Counted from the first letter of the stretch, positions 1 to 12,779 are shown. The stretch is 64,000 bases of DNA from Antedon mediterranea (GCF_964355755.1 NC_092674.1:10416001-10480000), one strand, 5' to 3'. Notes: generated from the sequence alone by a model not told the origin. A program made the numbers and translations.

Positions 1-240
1 ACTAAATATAAACCAGTAATACAAATAACTACAATACAATAGACAATATTGTTTGTGTAGATAATAGCACATTATATATTTAAATTATAATTGATTAAAA
101 TATGTTTCAAGTTGAGTGTCAATTTAAATTTATTCCAGTGAAAACCTTTTTTTAATTCATTTATCAATAAAAAATATGATTATCATTCATCAGACGTTTA
201 AGATATATTATTGATTGAAAGCAAATTCTGGAAAATCCTG

Positions 241-410
241 TCAAACAAAAGGTTTTGGGTGCGGTAGAACCTCTTGGTGCGGTTGCGTAATCTGCACCTT
301 GGTTTGTATTCGCTGAATAGTCGCTTGTGTTAGTGGTACGCCCTCTGGAAGCAATCGTACATCTCCTCCCGACTCCGAGGAGTTCGTGAAATGATGAGCA
401 AACATATCAC
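241..410 (-). CDS. Probable terminal coding exon of NSUN7-like gene (GDMFAHHF...EVLPHPKPFV*)
   Basis: ctttgcag acceptor; open in phase 1 to TGA at 241-243; AATAAA downstream. How it links to upstream exons is uncertain. Confidence 0.45.
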
Positions 411-1639
411 CTGCAAAGAACGTTTAATAATTAGACATTTTTTGGATAGTAAATTTATTTGTAAAACTTTGTGTTAGTACACAAACTAAAAGCAATGAAA
501 TCACACCAGTCAATGAAGTACTGCATAATGACGACAATTCAAACATGAATTTAGAATTCAGCGTTCTTAAAACTCAACCACTCTTTATTTTTAAAAAAGG
601 TGTAAATAAAAACTTCAAAGTCGGTTGTTATTGTCGCTTATGTACATCAAACATATATTTTTTTAATTGTCCAACACACGCCAATATTTTCAATATGCTA
701 ATCAATGTCTGGCTTAAGTGAACTTTTTTACTTGAAATTAGGGTGGGGAAATACAGTATAACAATAATAATGTTAAGTTCAAAATTTCATTTGGAATTTT
801 GTTGGAATTCATTGGCCAAATTCACCAATCACACTTTAGCGTATTTCACTTTTAACAGATATTAGGATTTCACAAAAGGGGTATAAGCATATCTTAAAAA
901 TATTAAGTGTAAATGTTTTTCTTAGTCTAAGTGTGATTGTTGAATATGGTCACTGCTCCCCAATGTCTATAAATAGAACATTTGTTAATGGTGCTATTAT
1001 ACTGTAATAATCTTTATTGCAAGTATTATCAAATGTTGATAATGATATTCTACATGAGCCATTAATAGTAGTGTGTATTGGTAAGAAAGCAATATGAAGA
1101 ATAAACAATCTAACATTATATTATTGGTAATGGACTTGAAGCAATGCTATTGGTTGAAAACTGTGCATAAATTACAGGATGGCACATGTACTGGTTAAGC
1201 AAAAAAAATGGTAGGAAGAAAAATGCTATAAGGGGAGAAAAAAGATGGGATGGTGAAAATTGTTAAAAGGGAATGTATTTATTGATAAAACATACACACA
1301 TTCTAAAGAAGGTAAATACAGATACTTGCGTTGGGACACCAATATTCAGAGGACAATCCTATTAAGGGGTCACTTTCCTGTAGTAACATTACAGTCAACA
1401 CCTACTCAGAAGATGCTCCTATTAAAGAGACACATTGTTGGCTCCAGAAGGTGTCTCCTTAATTCTTTGTTCTACTGAGGTGTTTTTTTAATAAAGAAAA
1501 ACAAAGTAAAGGAACATGCTTTAAAAATAAAGTAAAACAAGTAAAATGACTATAAAAAATAAAAACAAACCAACAGGAATTCCATAACACAAAAAAACCC
1601 ATAAAATCATTAATATAATGATAGAACTTCAAGTTCAAC

Positions 1640-1714
1640 TTGGACTTCTAAAGAGGAAATACGATGGTATTCAAAGGTTGTGGGTTCGTGTCCCACCGGA
1701 GATGCTATTTTTTT
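1640..1714 (+). pseudogene. 5'-truncated, intron-containing tRNA-Arg(TCT) fragment with Pol III trailer
   Basis: TTGGACTTCTA-[18-nt intron 1651-1668]-ATTCAAAGGTTGTGGGTTCGTGTCCCACCGGAGATG followed by T7; matches the layout of intron-containing Arg-TCT genes; D-arm and 5' acceptor strand are missing. Confidence 0.7.
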
Positions 1715-1971
1715 GGAGTGGAGTTGTGGCTTGGTGGTTATGATGCTTGTCTACCAATCCAAGGGTCCTGGGTTCAAGTCCCGTCACATGTCAGGATTTT
1801 TTTTAAAGACCAAATTACTCCACTCCCAAAGACTTGTAATAAGACTTTGTTTATGTACAGCATCTTGTGTATGTTTGTCTTGTGAACCTCTGAGGGTCCC
1901 TAATGATCAGCAATAGCTGGATGGATCACCCTCATTAAATATGGTTGTTAAAAAAAAAAAAAAAAAAAAAA
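1715..1971 (+). mobile_element. tRNA-derived SINE with poly(A) tail
   Basis: A-box TGGCTTGGTGG, B-box GGTTCAAGTCC, about 23-nt A tail; homologous head at 49418-49580. Confidence 0.8.
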
Positions 1972-2164
1972 CGTAGTATGGTTGGAAGTTAGAAAAAACA
2001 AAGAAACAAAAGAAAAGGTAAATATAACTAAATTGTTTTGGTAGTATACAATGCTCTTCAATAGAATTCTTTCACACTAAGTAACAAATAACAAAATAGA
2101 AAACAAATAGCAACAACAATAAATCTAAATTGTTTCAAAAATTGGCTCAACAACAAAACAACAA

Positions 2165-2328
2165 AGCAACTATTCGAAAAGAGTAGGGGATCGTCTCCCG
2201 GTGTGCTGATCTGGTAGGCGCTGCACTGCTGGCTGCCATGGGTCCGTGAATGGCCTAATCCGAATTTCCTCAGTTTCCAGTTAAACTTGAGGACCAGTAA
2301 TAATACATTTTACATTTAACATTTAACA
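2165..2328 (+). mobile_element. SINE 3' fragment with Nin/Deu-like core
   Basis: TCGAAAAGAGTAGGGG...CCCGGTGT motif and (ACATTT)n tail; related minus-strand copies at ~46938-47025 and ~61990-62385. Confidence 0.5.
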
Positions 2329-2795
2329 GTATGGATAGGAAAAGAAACAGAGATGGCAATTGAATTACGGTGGTAGGACTAGCAACACAAAAATGCAGTA
2401 GATATACAGTAAGTATAAAAGAAATAATAATATAAAATACAGTAGTAGGAGTTAAATACGTAGGTATACATTGAATGTAGCATCAAAATGCTTGATGGCA
2501 ACATAAAATGGCCGAATGGTACTGAAAAGTGGTATAACAAATTCTACATATAGTATGATAAAGCAGAAATTAAAGGTCAAAGTAGTAGCCAAAACATTAG
2601 TAGTAATAACTATGTTCAGAAAAACGCCAGTAGTAGAAATGTTAAGAATAATAAATGCTGCTTTAAGAGCATAACAAATGTAGCAGACAGCCAAAATTCT
2701 AGGTATCTAAAAAAGTTAAAATAACATGCTTTAAAACCAATAACAAAAGAGAGTAGCTGTAGACATGCTGAGCGATACAGGTATTTACATGCTAC

Positions 2796-2904
2796 CTGGC
2801 GGTGAATTTGTGTGCTTTTGTTGCAGAAGATGTATTAGGTGACTTGATAGATACTAGCGTCTCTACAGAGGAATCTGTGCCGCGGATCGAAAGATTTGAA
2901 TCCA
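2796..2904 (-). CDS. Candidate alternative 3' exon of NSUN7-like gene
   Basis: tttctttcag / gtagca splice sites; open in phase 1 (DSNLSIRGTDSSVETLV...). Confidence 0.35.
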
Positions 2905-3244
2905 CTGAAAGAAATGTTTTTTAAATTGATAATATCTTTTTTTTTTAAATTAAACCATTCATCATTGAACTCCATATAAATTGTAAATATCACATAATAT
3001 GGCAGACAACACGTACATAACCTAACCCATTTAATGTAATATTTCCTAAATGTATTAAAAAAAATCTACTCTTGTTCTTTAAGTATTAAACACTCACAAA
3101 CAAGTTGTTTAGAAGATAAATGAACTACAGGAAAAACAACAAAAGAAACAGCAACATTAGTAGGTCTACTATTAGCACACAAAAATCAAAATAATCTTAA
3201 AACAATACACTGCAACAGATCTGGTAAAGAATTAAACATTATAA

Positions 3245-4010
3245 ATCCAGTTTGATCTGGTGAAGTAGATAAGCAGAGTTAATGTAACAACATATGATCT
3301 ATACATATCCAGTTTGATCTGGTATGAAGTGGAGATGCAGAGTTTATACATCCAGTTTTCCAGCTTTATCTGGTATGAAGTGACATGATACAGAATGCAA
3401 CAACACATGATCTATACATCCAGTTTGATCTGGTATGAAGTGGAGATGCAGAGTTTATACATCCAGTTTTCCAGCTTTATCTAGTATGAAGTGACATGAT
3501 ACAGAATGCAACAACACATGATCTATACATCAAGTTTGATCTGGTATGAAGTGGAGATGCAGAGTTTATACATCCAGTTTTCCAGCTTTATCTGGTATGA
3601 AGTGACATGATACAGAATGCAACAACACATGATCTATACATCCAGTTTGATCTGGTATGAAGTGGAGATGCAGAGTTTATACATCCAGTTTTCCAGCTTT
3701 ATCTGGTATGAAGTGACATGATACAGAATGCAACAACACATGATCTATACATCCAGTTTGATCTGGTATGAAGTGGAGATGCAGAGTTTATACATCCAGT
3801 TTTCCAGCTTTATCTGGTATGAAGTGACATGATACAGAATGCAACAACACATGATCTATACATCCAGTTTGATCTGGTATGAAGTGGAGATGCAGGGTTT
3901 ATACAGGGAGTTGTTACTCCCTGGTTTATACAGGATCTATCTACATCCATGATCTGGTATAGTATGAAGGGCATGATGCAGAATGCAACAAAACATGATC
4001 TATACGTTCA
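3245..4010. repeat. Tandem satellite, 111-bp unit built of two related subunits, about 5.5 near-identical copies plus degenerate flanks
   Basis: GGTATGAAGTGGAGATGCAG recurs at 3321, 3432, 3543, 3654, 3765 and 3876. Confidence 0.95.
3904..3923. mobile_element. 20-bp hairpin micro-insertion with 7-bp TSD
   Basis: GTTTATA-[CAGGGAG TTGTTA CTCCCTG]-GTTTATA; neighbouring satellite units carry the empty site. Confidence 0.8.
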
Positions 4011-4228
4011 GTTTGGTATATAAAATGCATGATATAATAATCTAATACAAATTAGAATGATTAAGCTGTATCTAAATCTGGTTTGAAGCAAACAAGAATA
4101 AAGCGGTTAAAGCCATGAGATAATCTTGAACAGCACACCTTTCTAAAGCATTTGATGATGTTAAAGGCAAACAAAACCACTCACAAACACATGTTTGAAA
4201 TACAAACATCAAGCACATTAATGTAGCA

Positions 4229-4440
4229 CTAAATCCCAGATTTGTTCCTCATTAGCATGCTATGTTGAGAGCTAACTTCAGCCCAAGTAACATGCTTCGT
4301 TCTGACATGACTTTTTGGTTTTTTAGGCTCGTGCTCTGGGATAGCCTCACTAGAATGTGAAGGCACGATTGCTGGAAATTTTACAGTCTTTGTGGCGCTG
4401 TGAACATTGCTAGTTTTAACGACTAGCTGACGAGGCTTTC
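4229..4440 (-). CDS. Candidate alternative terminal exon of NSUN7-like gene
   Basis: ttcattag acceptor; phase-1 ORF GKPRQLVVK...NKSGI*. Confidence 0.45.
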
Positions 4441-4679
4441 CTAATGAAAAACAAACATGCAAGTCATGCTCAACTAAATATATAAATAACATATTCAATT
4501 ATAGAACAATATAATTTGTTGCATAAAGGGATTGTATACAAACAAACATGACCATGTTTAATATTCAAATATTAAAAAATATTGGTTAATCATTATCATA
4601 CATATTGGCAGCAAACGATGGCGAATGTATCCTCTACCAATTACAAATAGGTTAGAGATTTTGTTTATGTTTGAGTATA

Positions 4680-5124
4680 CAGTAGAACCTCCATTTTACG
4701 TACGGTACGGGACCGAAAGGCGTACGTAAAACAAGGGATTCGTAAAATCCAGGTTGACCTTAAATTGACCCCCAAATACGTAGATCGTAGCTAAAAAGGC
4801 TGCCGTGTTTGCCTACAGCATGTGGTGGTCACCAGCTTAGCTAGGCCTAGGCCCTTCCTAGACTAATCTAGGCCAGGCTAGCAGGCCTAGTAAGATGCGC
4901 AGCCTAGAAAATTACAGTATATACAGGCTGTGCGATTTAGTTTAAATAAAGTGTTGTAAATAAAAATATCAATGTTGTATTTTCTATCAATAAAAACAGT
5001 CGCTGCTGTAGGGGAATGCACATGAGTTCCTCACACAGCCATGGCTTTGTGCTTTGTTGTTGTTAAATTGCGCCCTCAATGTAAGCATTTTAAGCGTACG
5101 TAAAATCAAAGGAAGGTTCTACTG
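4680..5124. mobile_element. Tc1/mariner (pogo/Tigger-like) MITE
   Basis: TA-CAGTAGAACCT...AGGTTCTACTG-TA. Confidence 0.85.
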
Positions 5125-6064
5125 TACTTGGTTAGGTCAACACATAACTCCACTGATCAAATCAATTTGAAGTGTGTAAGCGGTTATGTTGACATGGAAC
5201 TGATTTAATTGTAACTAGTCGTGGTTACCGAGACTGCATGTGGGATGTGATTCAAAAGAGTTGAAACTTTTGAACTGATTGCAACTGCAATTCCCGAACA
5301 TGCGACACTATTCACAGTTCAACTGAAAGCAACTTAGCTGTACCCATGTGAACATATTTTGTGCAACTGTGTGTTACTTTGATGAGTGGCCGTCTGTTGA
5401 GGTCAGAATGGTCTTCGAATGCTTATGTCTGCCAGTGGAGTTCTGTTTCGACCTAACCACACCTTTAGTGATGCAAGTTTCAAACAAAAAACCAAACCAA
5501 ACTAAACACAAGCGTTTTCCAATAATTTTCCAATAGGATATTTCATTTTGTGAGATTGGGACAACTAACTAAGCTTTGGTGGTTTTTTTTTCACCACTCT
5601 ATACTAAAGTTAATTTAAGTAACACTATATTATATTATTCTGGACTATATTTGTCTTGAATGATGTTTACCATTATAAGTTTGTTTATTTAAGCATGATT
5701 ATTCCCACTTTGATGCAACGCAATAACGTAAGCGCAATGCAAGTGAGTTGACCACACAATCACAATCAACAGTTCAGACAAACCATTGCGTTGTGATTGG
5801 TCAAATTACTTATGGTGGGAGAATGTTCTCATGTGAAGTGACCATTCAATGCATTCCACCAATAATTTAAAATTATTATTAACAACAATATCTACTGGCA
5901 ATCAATACAAGAAAGTCTACACCTGCAGCCCAAAACATGCTTATAAGAACGATTGGAGTATCTTACTCCTGAAATTACAAAGCAACCATATTGTTTATAG
6001 CCATTGTCATGGTGACTAGCAATTATCCAATCAAAAACATAACAAAAATGAAGACAGTTATTAC

Positions 6065-6085
6065 CATCTGTCCCACTGCGACTAT
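6065..6085 (-). CDS. 21-nt candidate microexon of NSUN7-like gene (NSRSGTD)
   Basis: tttcag / gtaata; phase 1-1, frame preserving. Confidence 0.5.
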
Positions 6086-6312
6086 CTGAAAATTAAAGAG
6101 AGTTAGTTTTTGTTGACAAAGAAACAAAAAAGTTTATTGTGTCTTAGTGAGGAGTACACAATAATGTTGAGGAAAATTGTTTTTTGGTCTGTAATTAGAA
6201 TAATTTATATTTATTTGGGCCAATAATACCTAAACACATAAACATAGGCAGTACAGTTTTTAATAGAGAATGTGTATTAAAGTATGTCTAGACCCAAAGA
6301 ATGGTAATATTA

Positions 6313-6685
6313 GAGTATGTCCAGACCCAAAGAATGGTGTAATTAAGCCAAACGCTGTTAGGCCTAGACTAGGTATCCATTTTTTATTGCATTTTTTGAT
6401 GTTTTTTATTGCATTATAAGATCGTATTAATTAATCAAACCCAAACACAATGCCAACATCTTTTCTGTCCAAGCAGGTGACATTTGTGTGTTTTAAATTG
6501 TATTTTGATTGATGAATCAATATTGGACAAAAGGACAAGACAACTGAAGCATCATCACGTTTTGGCTAGTTTATTATTCTCAATCCTACAGTACTGTATA
6601 TTGCAATATCCAGCTTTGTAGCATAGCAGGTGGCAGCCTAAATTGCTATGTGAATCATAAAAAAACCTTGGGTCTGAACATACTC
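6313..6685. mobile_element. MITE with GAGTATGTCCAGACCCAA TIRs
   Basis: Inverted match TTGGGTCTGAACATACTC at the right end; TA flanks; left TIR duplicated at ~6280-6306. Confidence 0.7.
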
Positions 6686-6699
6686 TAAAAGTAGTTCAG

Positions 6700-6985
6700 G
6701 TTTGTACTAACCCTGGACTAAGACAACCTTGGATTAAACTAATCCTGGATTAAAAGGTAGTCTTGGATTAAAGTTGGACAAAGTTAACCCTGGACTAATA
6801 AGTCTTGCAATAAAATAACCCTTGACTAAGGTAGTCCTGGATTAAAATAACTCTGGACTAAGCTAATCTTGGACTAAGGTAGTCCTGGATTAAATTAATC
6901 CTGGACTCAGATAGTCCTGGATTAAATTAATCTTGGACTAAGGTAGTCTTGGATAACCCTAGATGAAGGATCCTGGATTACACTA
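6700..6985. repeat. Minisatellite of ~16-17-bp units (CYTGGAYTAA core)
   Basis: Repeated cctggattaa / cttggactaa. Confidence 0.85.
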
Positions 6986-7067
6986 ACTCAAAACTAAATG
7001 TGGACTAGGCCTGGCATAAAATCGTAGCTTAATCTTAATGAAAAGAAAATATGAATGTTATACGTAC

Positions 7068-7362
7068 TTGCTGTGCGGATAATGCGAGTCTTTCGTTGAG
7101 TTGTGTTTGGAGGTGTGGAAGATCCTGAGCTAGAATCACTGAGTTTTGACGTAAAGCTACTCTTTGAGGATCTGATATGCTTCAGGCTTCCTTTCTTTGT
7201 AAGATTTGATTTACTTGATTTTGGTGAGATTCCTTTGCTCTTTGACGAGCGCCGTTTGGATTTTGGTTTTTCCTCATCATTGTTGTCGTTTCCCTCTGGT
7301 GTGTCGCAAAGACCCTTGGCGGCAGCTCTGGCGATGATGTCAGAAGCTGTCAAAGCTTCATC
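7068..7362 (-). CDS. NSUN7: NSUN7-like exon 9 (DEALTASDIIARAAAKGL..., K/S-rich tail)
   Basis: DIIARAAAKGL resembles the NSUN7 post-catalytic motif; AG/GT boundaries; phases are consistent. Confidence 0.8.
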
Positions 7363-7762
7363 CTATTCAGAGAAATCGGAAGAAATTAGGGTAAATCTAT
7401 ATTTCTTTATTTCATAATAATCTATCAATAATTATTTTGTAATTGGAATATTTATTGCTGTCCATAAAAAACAAAACAGATCCAATAACAAAATAAGAGA
7501 AAAATGACAATCATCCAAGTTGCTTATGGTACAATAGTCAATGACAGAAAGAAAACAGTGACAAACATGATACAGCAGGTACTGAGACAAAATCCGTAGG
7601 CCTACTCTTTTTTATATAGACATTTATTAAGAGCTTTTTATACACATCATGCACAAAAAACCAACAACTCAACATCCAAACCAAATAATGAGTTAGGAAC
7701 AGAGCAGGTCTTAAAATTATGCTAACTCATAAATCTGATTTTTTTTCAATGAGCCATCTTAA

Positions 7763-8304
7763 AGTCCCATTTCCTATGTTTTTTAGATCTAATTTACAAA
7801 CTACATTTAGTGTAAACATAATACTATATTGCAATAACTTTTTCTGCCTTAACTGTTAAAAACATGAAAAATAAGTTGATTTTAATAATTTAAGCAGCCC
7901 GCTATAAATCCCAATATGCATTGCACGCAGATTGATATTTTCATTTTCCTTCTGTGATTCGTCTACTTTGGATCAATTGTGAATGGATCGAAGCGTAATG
8001 AAAGAGGCGTAACTTTTCAGACAAAAAAAAACAAGTTTTTCCCAACAGATTTTGGGCAAAAACAGAAAGTCAATTTATGCAGCAACTAGACAATGTTCAT
8101 ATGTTACTACTGTTTACCAGCTAGGTTTACAAAACTAAGCCTAGCAAGACCAGGCCTAAAGATCGTCCATGAGAGGACATACGCCAGCTACTTAGGTAGT
8201 CCATTGTTTCTCTCTTTTTATCATAATTTACCATAAAACAAGGAATGACCTGGTTTAATGTAATATGCATTATTTTCACAAAACGTCAGACATTGTAGGA
8301 AATG
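7763..8304. mobile_element. Kolobok-like MITE, family B, right end degraded
   Basis: TTAA-AGTCCCATTTCCT...; colinear with the copy at 52468-53093. Confidence 0.75.
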
Positions 8305-9636
8305 TTATATAGATATCATTGATAATACCAAAATTTACAATAATTTGCATGTTTATTATTCAAATTTAATTCTTTAAAAAAATAAATAAATAAAACAGAT
8401 TATTTGTTATCCCTTATGACGTCTTGAATTAATTACATGGGCATTTCTCCATTTTACATTATAACCCTTTCTGGATTTTCTGCTAATTAATGCTATATTT
8501 GGAAACAGTGTGTTGCGGAAATCTGCATTGAACATCGTTATTGCTTGACAGCTTGCAACTAAATTAAACCTTATACATTATAGTTTGTCTTATCCTTGCT
8601 GTATCGGACAGCTGCTTTCACTTCCTTGCGCTTTTTTCTTTATAAACGTGATGGAAACAAGGCTGTGTACAATTATCGCAACCTTCATCGATCAATTCCA
8701 AAACAACAAATGTACTTTTAGCTGAATATTTTAATTAAATTTAACCAGATATATTGCAAGTATTAATTACAAAGAAACAAAATTATACCAAAATCGTTCT
8801 AAAAATAAATCACTTACACAAACTGATTTTAAGATTTCGCAGTTTGATTATTTCTTTTACCGGTATATAAATAAGAATCAAACTGTTTTGAAACAAATTG
8901 TGGTTCACGAAAATTCTCAAAATGTTGATGTAATCAAGGTTGAGGAACAGTGTACTGTATACAATACGTTATCTTTAAAAAAACTAAAGGCACTAGAATT
9001 ATTTTTGGTAGAACTAAATAGTAGGTTTTACCATAATAACTCTTGACTCGAAGACTTGCATGGTAATTTCACCAAATCAACAAAGTTCATATACGGACAC
9101 TGGTACATTTACCTTCCTGATGTCTGGATAAGAGTTTCACTAACATAAGTCCAGTGTGAGTATAGTTTAGGTGCAGCCGTTTTGGTTCACAAGTAAGTGT
9201 CCACTTAAAAGAGGTGTCCCATTAATAGGGATGTTCCAAAGAGAAGCTTCTACTCTATTTGTTTGTTGTATCAAAATATGTCAACTGCAAAAAGCTTTTT
9301 CTTTACACAGTATCTAGTTGAATGCTCTATAATACTATGTTACCGGGTTGTTAAATGTTTATCCTTGTTAATGTTATTTTGCCACCAGCACTATCAGGAG
9401 AGTCTTTTATAGCGATATTTTTTGCTTTTTGACAATCCGCCAGGATAGTGTTCTGCGCTTTTTCTCTGCTTGTTGTTGTTCTATGTAATATATGCTTTTT
9501 GTATTGTTTTTGTATTATTATTTTTTCTGGATAATAAATGAATATGAATATGAATATGAATACTGTATGTTACCAGGGCACTATTGAGAATAATATTTAT
9601 AGTGTCCAACACAGAAAAAATAAATTCAAGTTTTAC

Positions 9637-9884
9637 CTCTCTACTAATCACTGCAACAAAACATCCTCCCATCAACGGGGACGGATCTATTTTAAGAAAC
9701 TTTGCGGATGATTGATTTTCTAGGTCTTTTGGCGTCAGAGGTAGTACAGGTGGAATGAGTCGAAATGAATTCTTTGATCCGTTATTCCTTGAATTCAAAT
9801 ACTCTGTTACTTTTGTGACAACATTTTCGTTTTCTGCTTCGTGAATAGAACATGTCGTATAAACAACCGCTTGCACTTTTGAAA
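9637..9884 (-). CDS. NSUN7: NSUN7-like exon 8 (motif VI VVYTTCSIHEAENENVV)
   Basis: NOL1/NSUN motif VI YxTCS..ENE..V and motif VIII GGCFVAVI. Confidence 0.9.
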
Positions 9885-10134
9885 CTAAAACAGAATAAAT
9901 ATGATAATGTATTTCAGTAGCAAATTTAAATGCAAATTATTAAACGAAAGAAAAAAATCCCTTTAAACTTGGGCCAATTTCAAATAGGCCTAAATACTAA
10001 GGTACAAAACAAGTACCTCAAACTGATCACACCAGCTTCTTGGGGAAACAATGTGTCTTATTGCTTATATAAAATTATAATTCAAAACTGAGTTTTCAGG
10101 GTCCATTAACAAAAACATGCTTGTTTAAAATTAA

Positions 10135-10675
10135 AGATGTATTGTCCCTTGAAACACACAAAAATGAATGTCAAAATATTCTAAATTTAAATTGGCCATA
10201 TCAAAGTAATATTAAAGTTGTTCACTTTAAGTCGAAAATTCGTGCCAAAAACAACAATTTTACGTAATTAACAGGTTTGATTACATTTCGTCTGGAAAAT
10301 CGTCACGAGCGGAAGTAAACAAAGATTTCAAACCAAGAGTATGCATTATGCATAATCCTAATTAGGATTGTTTACAATTCGTCACGGTTGAGAAGGTGTT
10401 TTCACATAGATCGCGAGGAAGTTTTATGATTATGCATACAGAGTAGCCAAACAAGCGCGTTGCATTATGAGATATGTTTTGATCGAAAACTTTGACTGGA
10501 AGTCACAGTTTTTTTTAAACTAAAAAAAGGTCTGTATTTCAGTTAAATAATTATTTTTTTTGGACTAATTTTTGGGGAAAGTTAATAACTATTATGATAC
10601 TTCAAAATGACCCACTTTTTTTCGAAATCTTCTAATTTTTATTTTTTTGGAATTTGACAAAGGGACAATACATCT
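10135..10675. mobile_element. Kolobok-like MITE, family A
   Basis: TTAA-AGATGTATTGTCCCT...AGGGACAATACATCT-TTAA. Confidence 0.85.
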
Positions 10676-10874
10676 TTAAGTTAGGGGCTGACATTGGCCA
10701 TGGGAAAAAATCTTGGTATTGAACCCTGGCCATGAAACCTGAACACAAAGACAAAGAGCATGCATCTTTTTAACAGTACAAACAAAGATAGCTGTAAATG
10801 GTCATTACATTATTTACACAACATGACATTGATGAAAACAAATAAGCAACACAAACATTGAAGATTAATCTTAC

Positions 10875-10976
10875 ACTTCATAGCATGTTTTAAAGTATCC
10901 ATGTGTCTTGAGACTAGGCCATCAAGTTTATCCTCATCTGTGTTTTCCTGGGATAGTTCTCGTAAAATACTCGCGT
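10875..10976 (-). CDS. NSUN7: NSUN7-like exon 7 (DASILRELSQ...LKHAMK)
   Basis: tttcag / gtaaga; 102 nt, phase 1-1; LKHAMKF typical of NSUN5/7. Confidence 0.85.
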
Positions 10977-10986
10977 CTGAAAGCAT

Positions 10987-11560
10987 TCAAAGATTGCCAT
11001 AATAAGTTAAAAGATTGCCATATCATGTTAAAAGATTGTCATATTAGGTTATGCCATATTAGGTTAAAAGATTGCCATATTAGGTTAAAAGATTACCATG
11101 TTAAGTTAAAAGATTGCCATGTTAAGTTAAAAGATTGCCATATTAGGTTAAAGGATTGCCATATTAAGTTAAACGATTGCCATGTTAGGTTAAAATATTG
11201 CCATATCATGTTAAAGATTGTTATTAAGCTTGGTTCCCACTAGAACGTAACGCAAGGACGTAAACGCAACGCAAGCGTTTTAACCAATGACAAGCGAAGT
11301 TATAGACAGTTAGCAATCATCGCTTGTGATTGGTCAATTCACTTGCGTTGCGTTACGTCATTGTGTTGCGTCGCTAGTGGGAACCACGCTTTAAATTAGG
11401 TATGATTGCAGTATTTAAGTTAAGATTGCATATTAAGTTAAAAGATTGCCATATTAAGTTAAAAGATAGGCATATTAAAGTTAAAAATGATTGCCATATT
11501 ACAGTAGGTTAAAAGGATTGCCATAAGATTAAATGATTGTCATACCAGATTAAGTTAAAT
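10987..11560. repeat. 21-bp minisatellite (TTAAAAGATTGCCATATTAGG)
   Basis: More than 15 units; interrupted by a MITE. Confidence 0.9.
11227..11390. mobile_element. PIF/Harbinger-like MITE
   Basis: TTA-AGCTTGGTTCCCACTAG...CTAGTGGGAACCACGCT-TTA; degenerate relatives at ~5693-5825, 24778-24925 and ~50908. Confidence 0.8.
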
Positions 11561-12779
11561 TAAATTAAGTTAAATATTTGTAATATTAAGTTAAGTATAA
11601 AAAAGATATTTAATGTTTTGTTTTTAGTTGCAACACAGTCCTCCAATTATACTGTACTTAAATTCATTTTTTAATAGTACACATCCTAAATTCGACATCA
11701 TCTTGGTAATTATTATTGTGTGCCCTCTATAAAATGAACAGCCCATTGAACAAGAAACTTGATTAAATAATTGGAAATCAAAAAACGTTAATTCAAACTT
11801 GACAACAATTAACAGCTTACAGTTTTTAGAGAAACACAACTTAAGCTTACTTAAACATTTTAAGACGTATTGATCAATGAAGATAATCATTAATTAGGCA
11901 GGCTAAAGGCTATGGTTGATTGAACAATTTCAAAATGACATATATACAAGGTTTTAATAGGGCTACGTGAGGGCTAGCCTGGCAGGGAGCAAGCTATTAT
12001 CAAAGAAAGACAGGCTGTGCCGTGTTTAGTGTGAAAAACAACAAATAAATACCATTCCTATGGCAACCAAGATAGAGAACTAAAATATAACCAATCAGAT
12101 GACAATGCTATGAGCATGATTACATTTAAATTTAAAATTAGGTTATGTGGCTGGTTATCATTATTATTTAAAAATCATTATTATTATAAAATATGAATAA
12201 AAATAAAATCATAATATGACATTAGAACCTTGTTTTTTTTTTACGAAACACATACTTTTATTACTCAGTTATTTGGTGTCACTTTGTGATGCCACAACGA
12301 TTTCTAAATTATCTTTATTGTATTTGTTCCTCATTTCAGAAGAAGTGGTGTCTTTAATACAAAACGAGATGATGATTATTAATATTATCATTATCAATTA
12401 TTACGTGCCAGTTTCCTACTAGAACTATTGGAACAAAAGAGGAGTGTTCAATAAAAGGGAAATTAACATTGATGTTAGGGCATAATTTTCAACAAAAGAA
12501 ATAATCTCATGGTTAAAAAGGACAATATTGTTATTATTATTAATTACTATTATTGCAGTGAAACCCCTAAAGGGAACACCTTCAGGACCCAATAAAGCAT
12601 CTCCTTAATTGGTGTGTCCACTAAAGAGTAGACCATAGTATTAAAACATTGTTTGGTTCCAAAGTGTCTCATTTTAATTTATAGAGGTGTCCCCTTAATA
12701 GGGGTGTCCACTGAATAGGGTTATACTGTTGTGTGTTAAAATATATATTGACCCTTATTTGGTCCACAAAAAAGTGTCC

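Noticed and set aside
3245-4010. Repeat arrays (also 12780-13590) as CRISPR-like
   Set aside because: Whole units are identical, with no unique spacers; eukaryotic intronic context and no cas genes.
7103-7417. 104-aa plus-strand ORF
   Set aside because: Antisense shadow of NSUN7-like exon 9.
9344-9480. Exon-like segment in NSUN7 intron 8
   Set aside because: Stops in all three frames, and the flanking exons already join in frame.
10908-11243. ORF with DCHIRLK heptad repeats
   Set aside because: Translation of a 21-bp minisatellite antisense to NSUN7.
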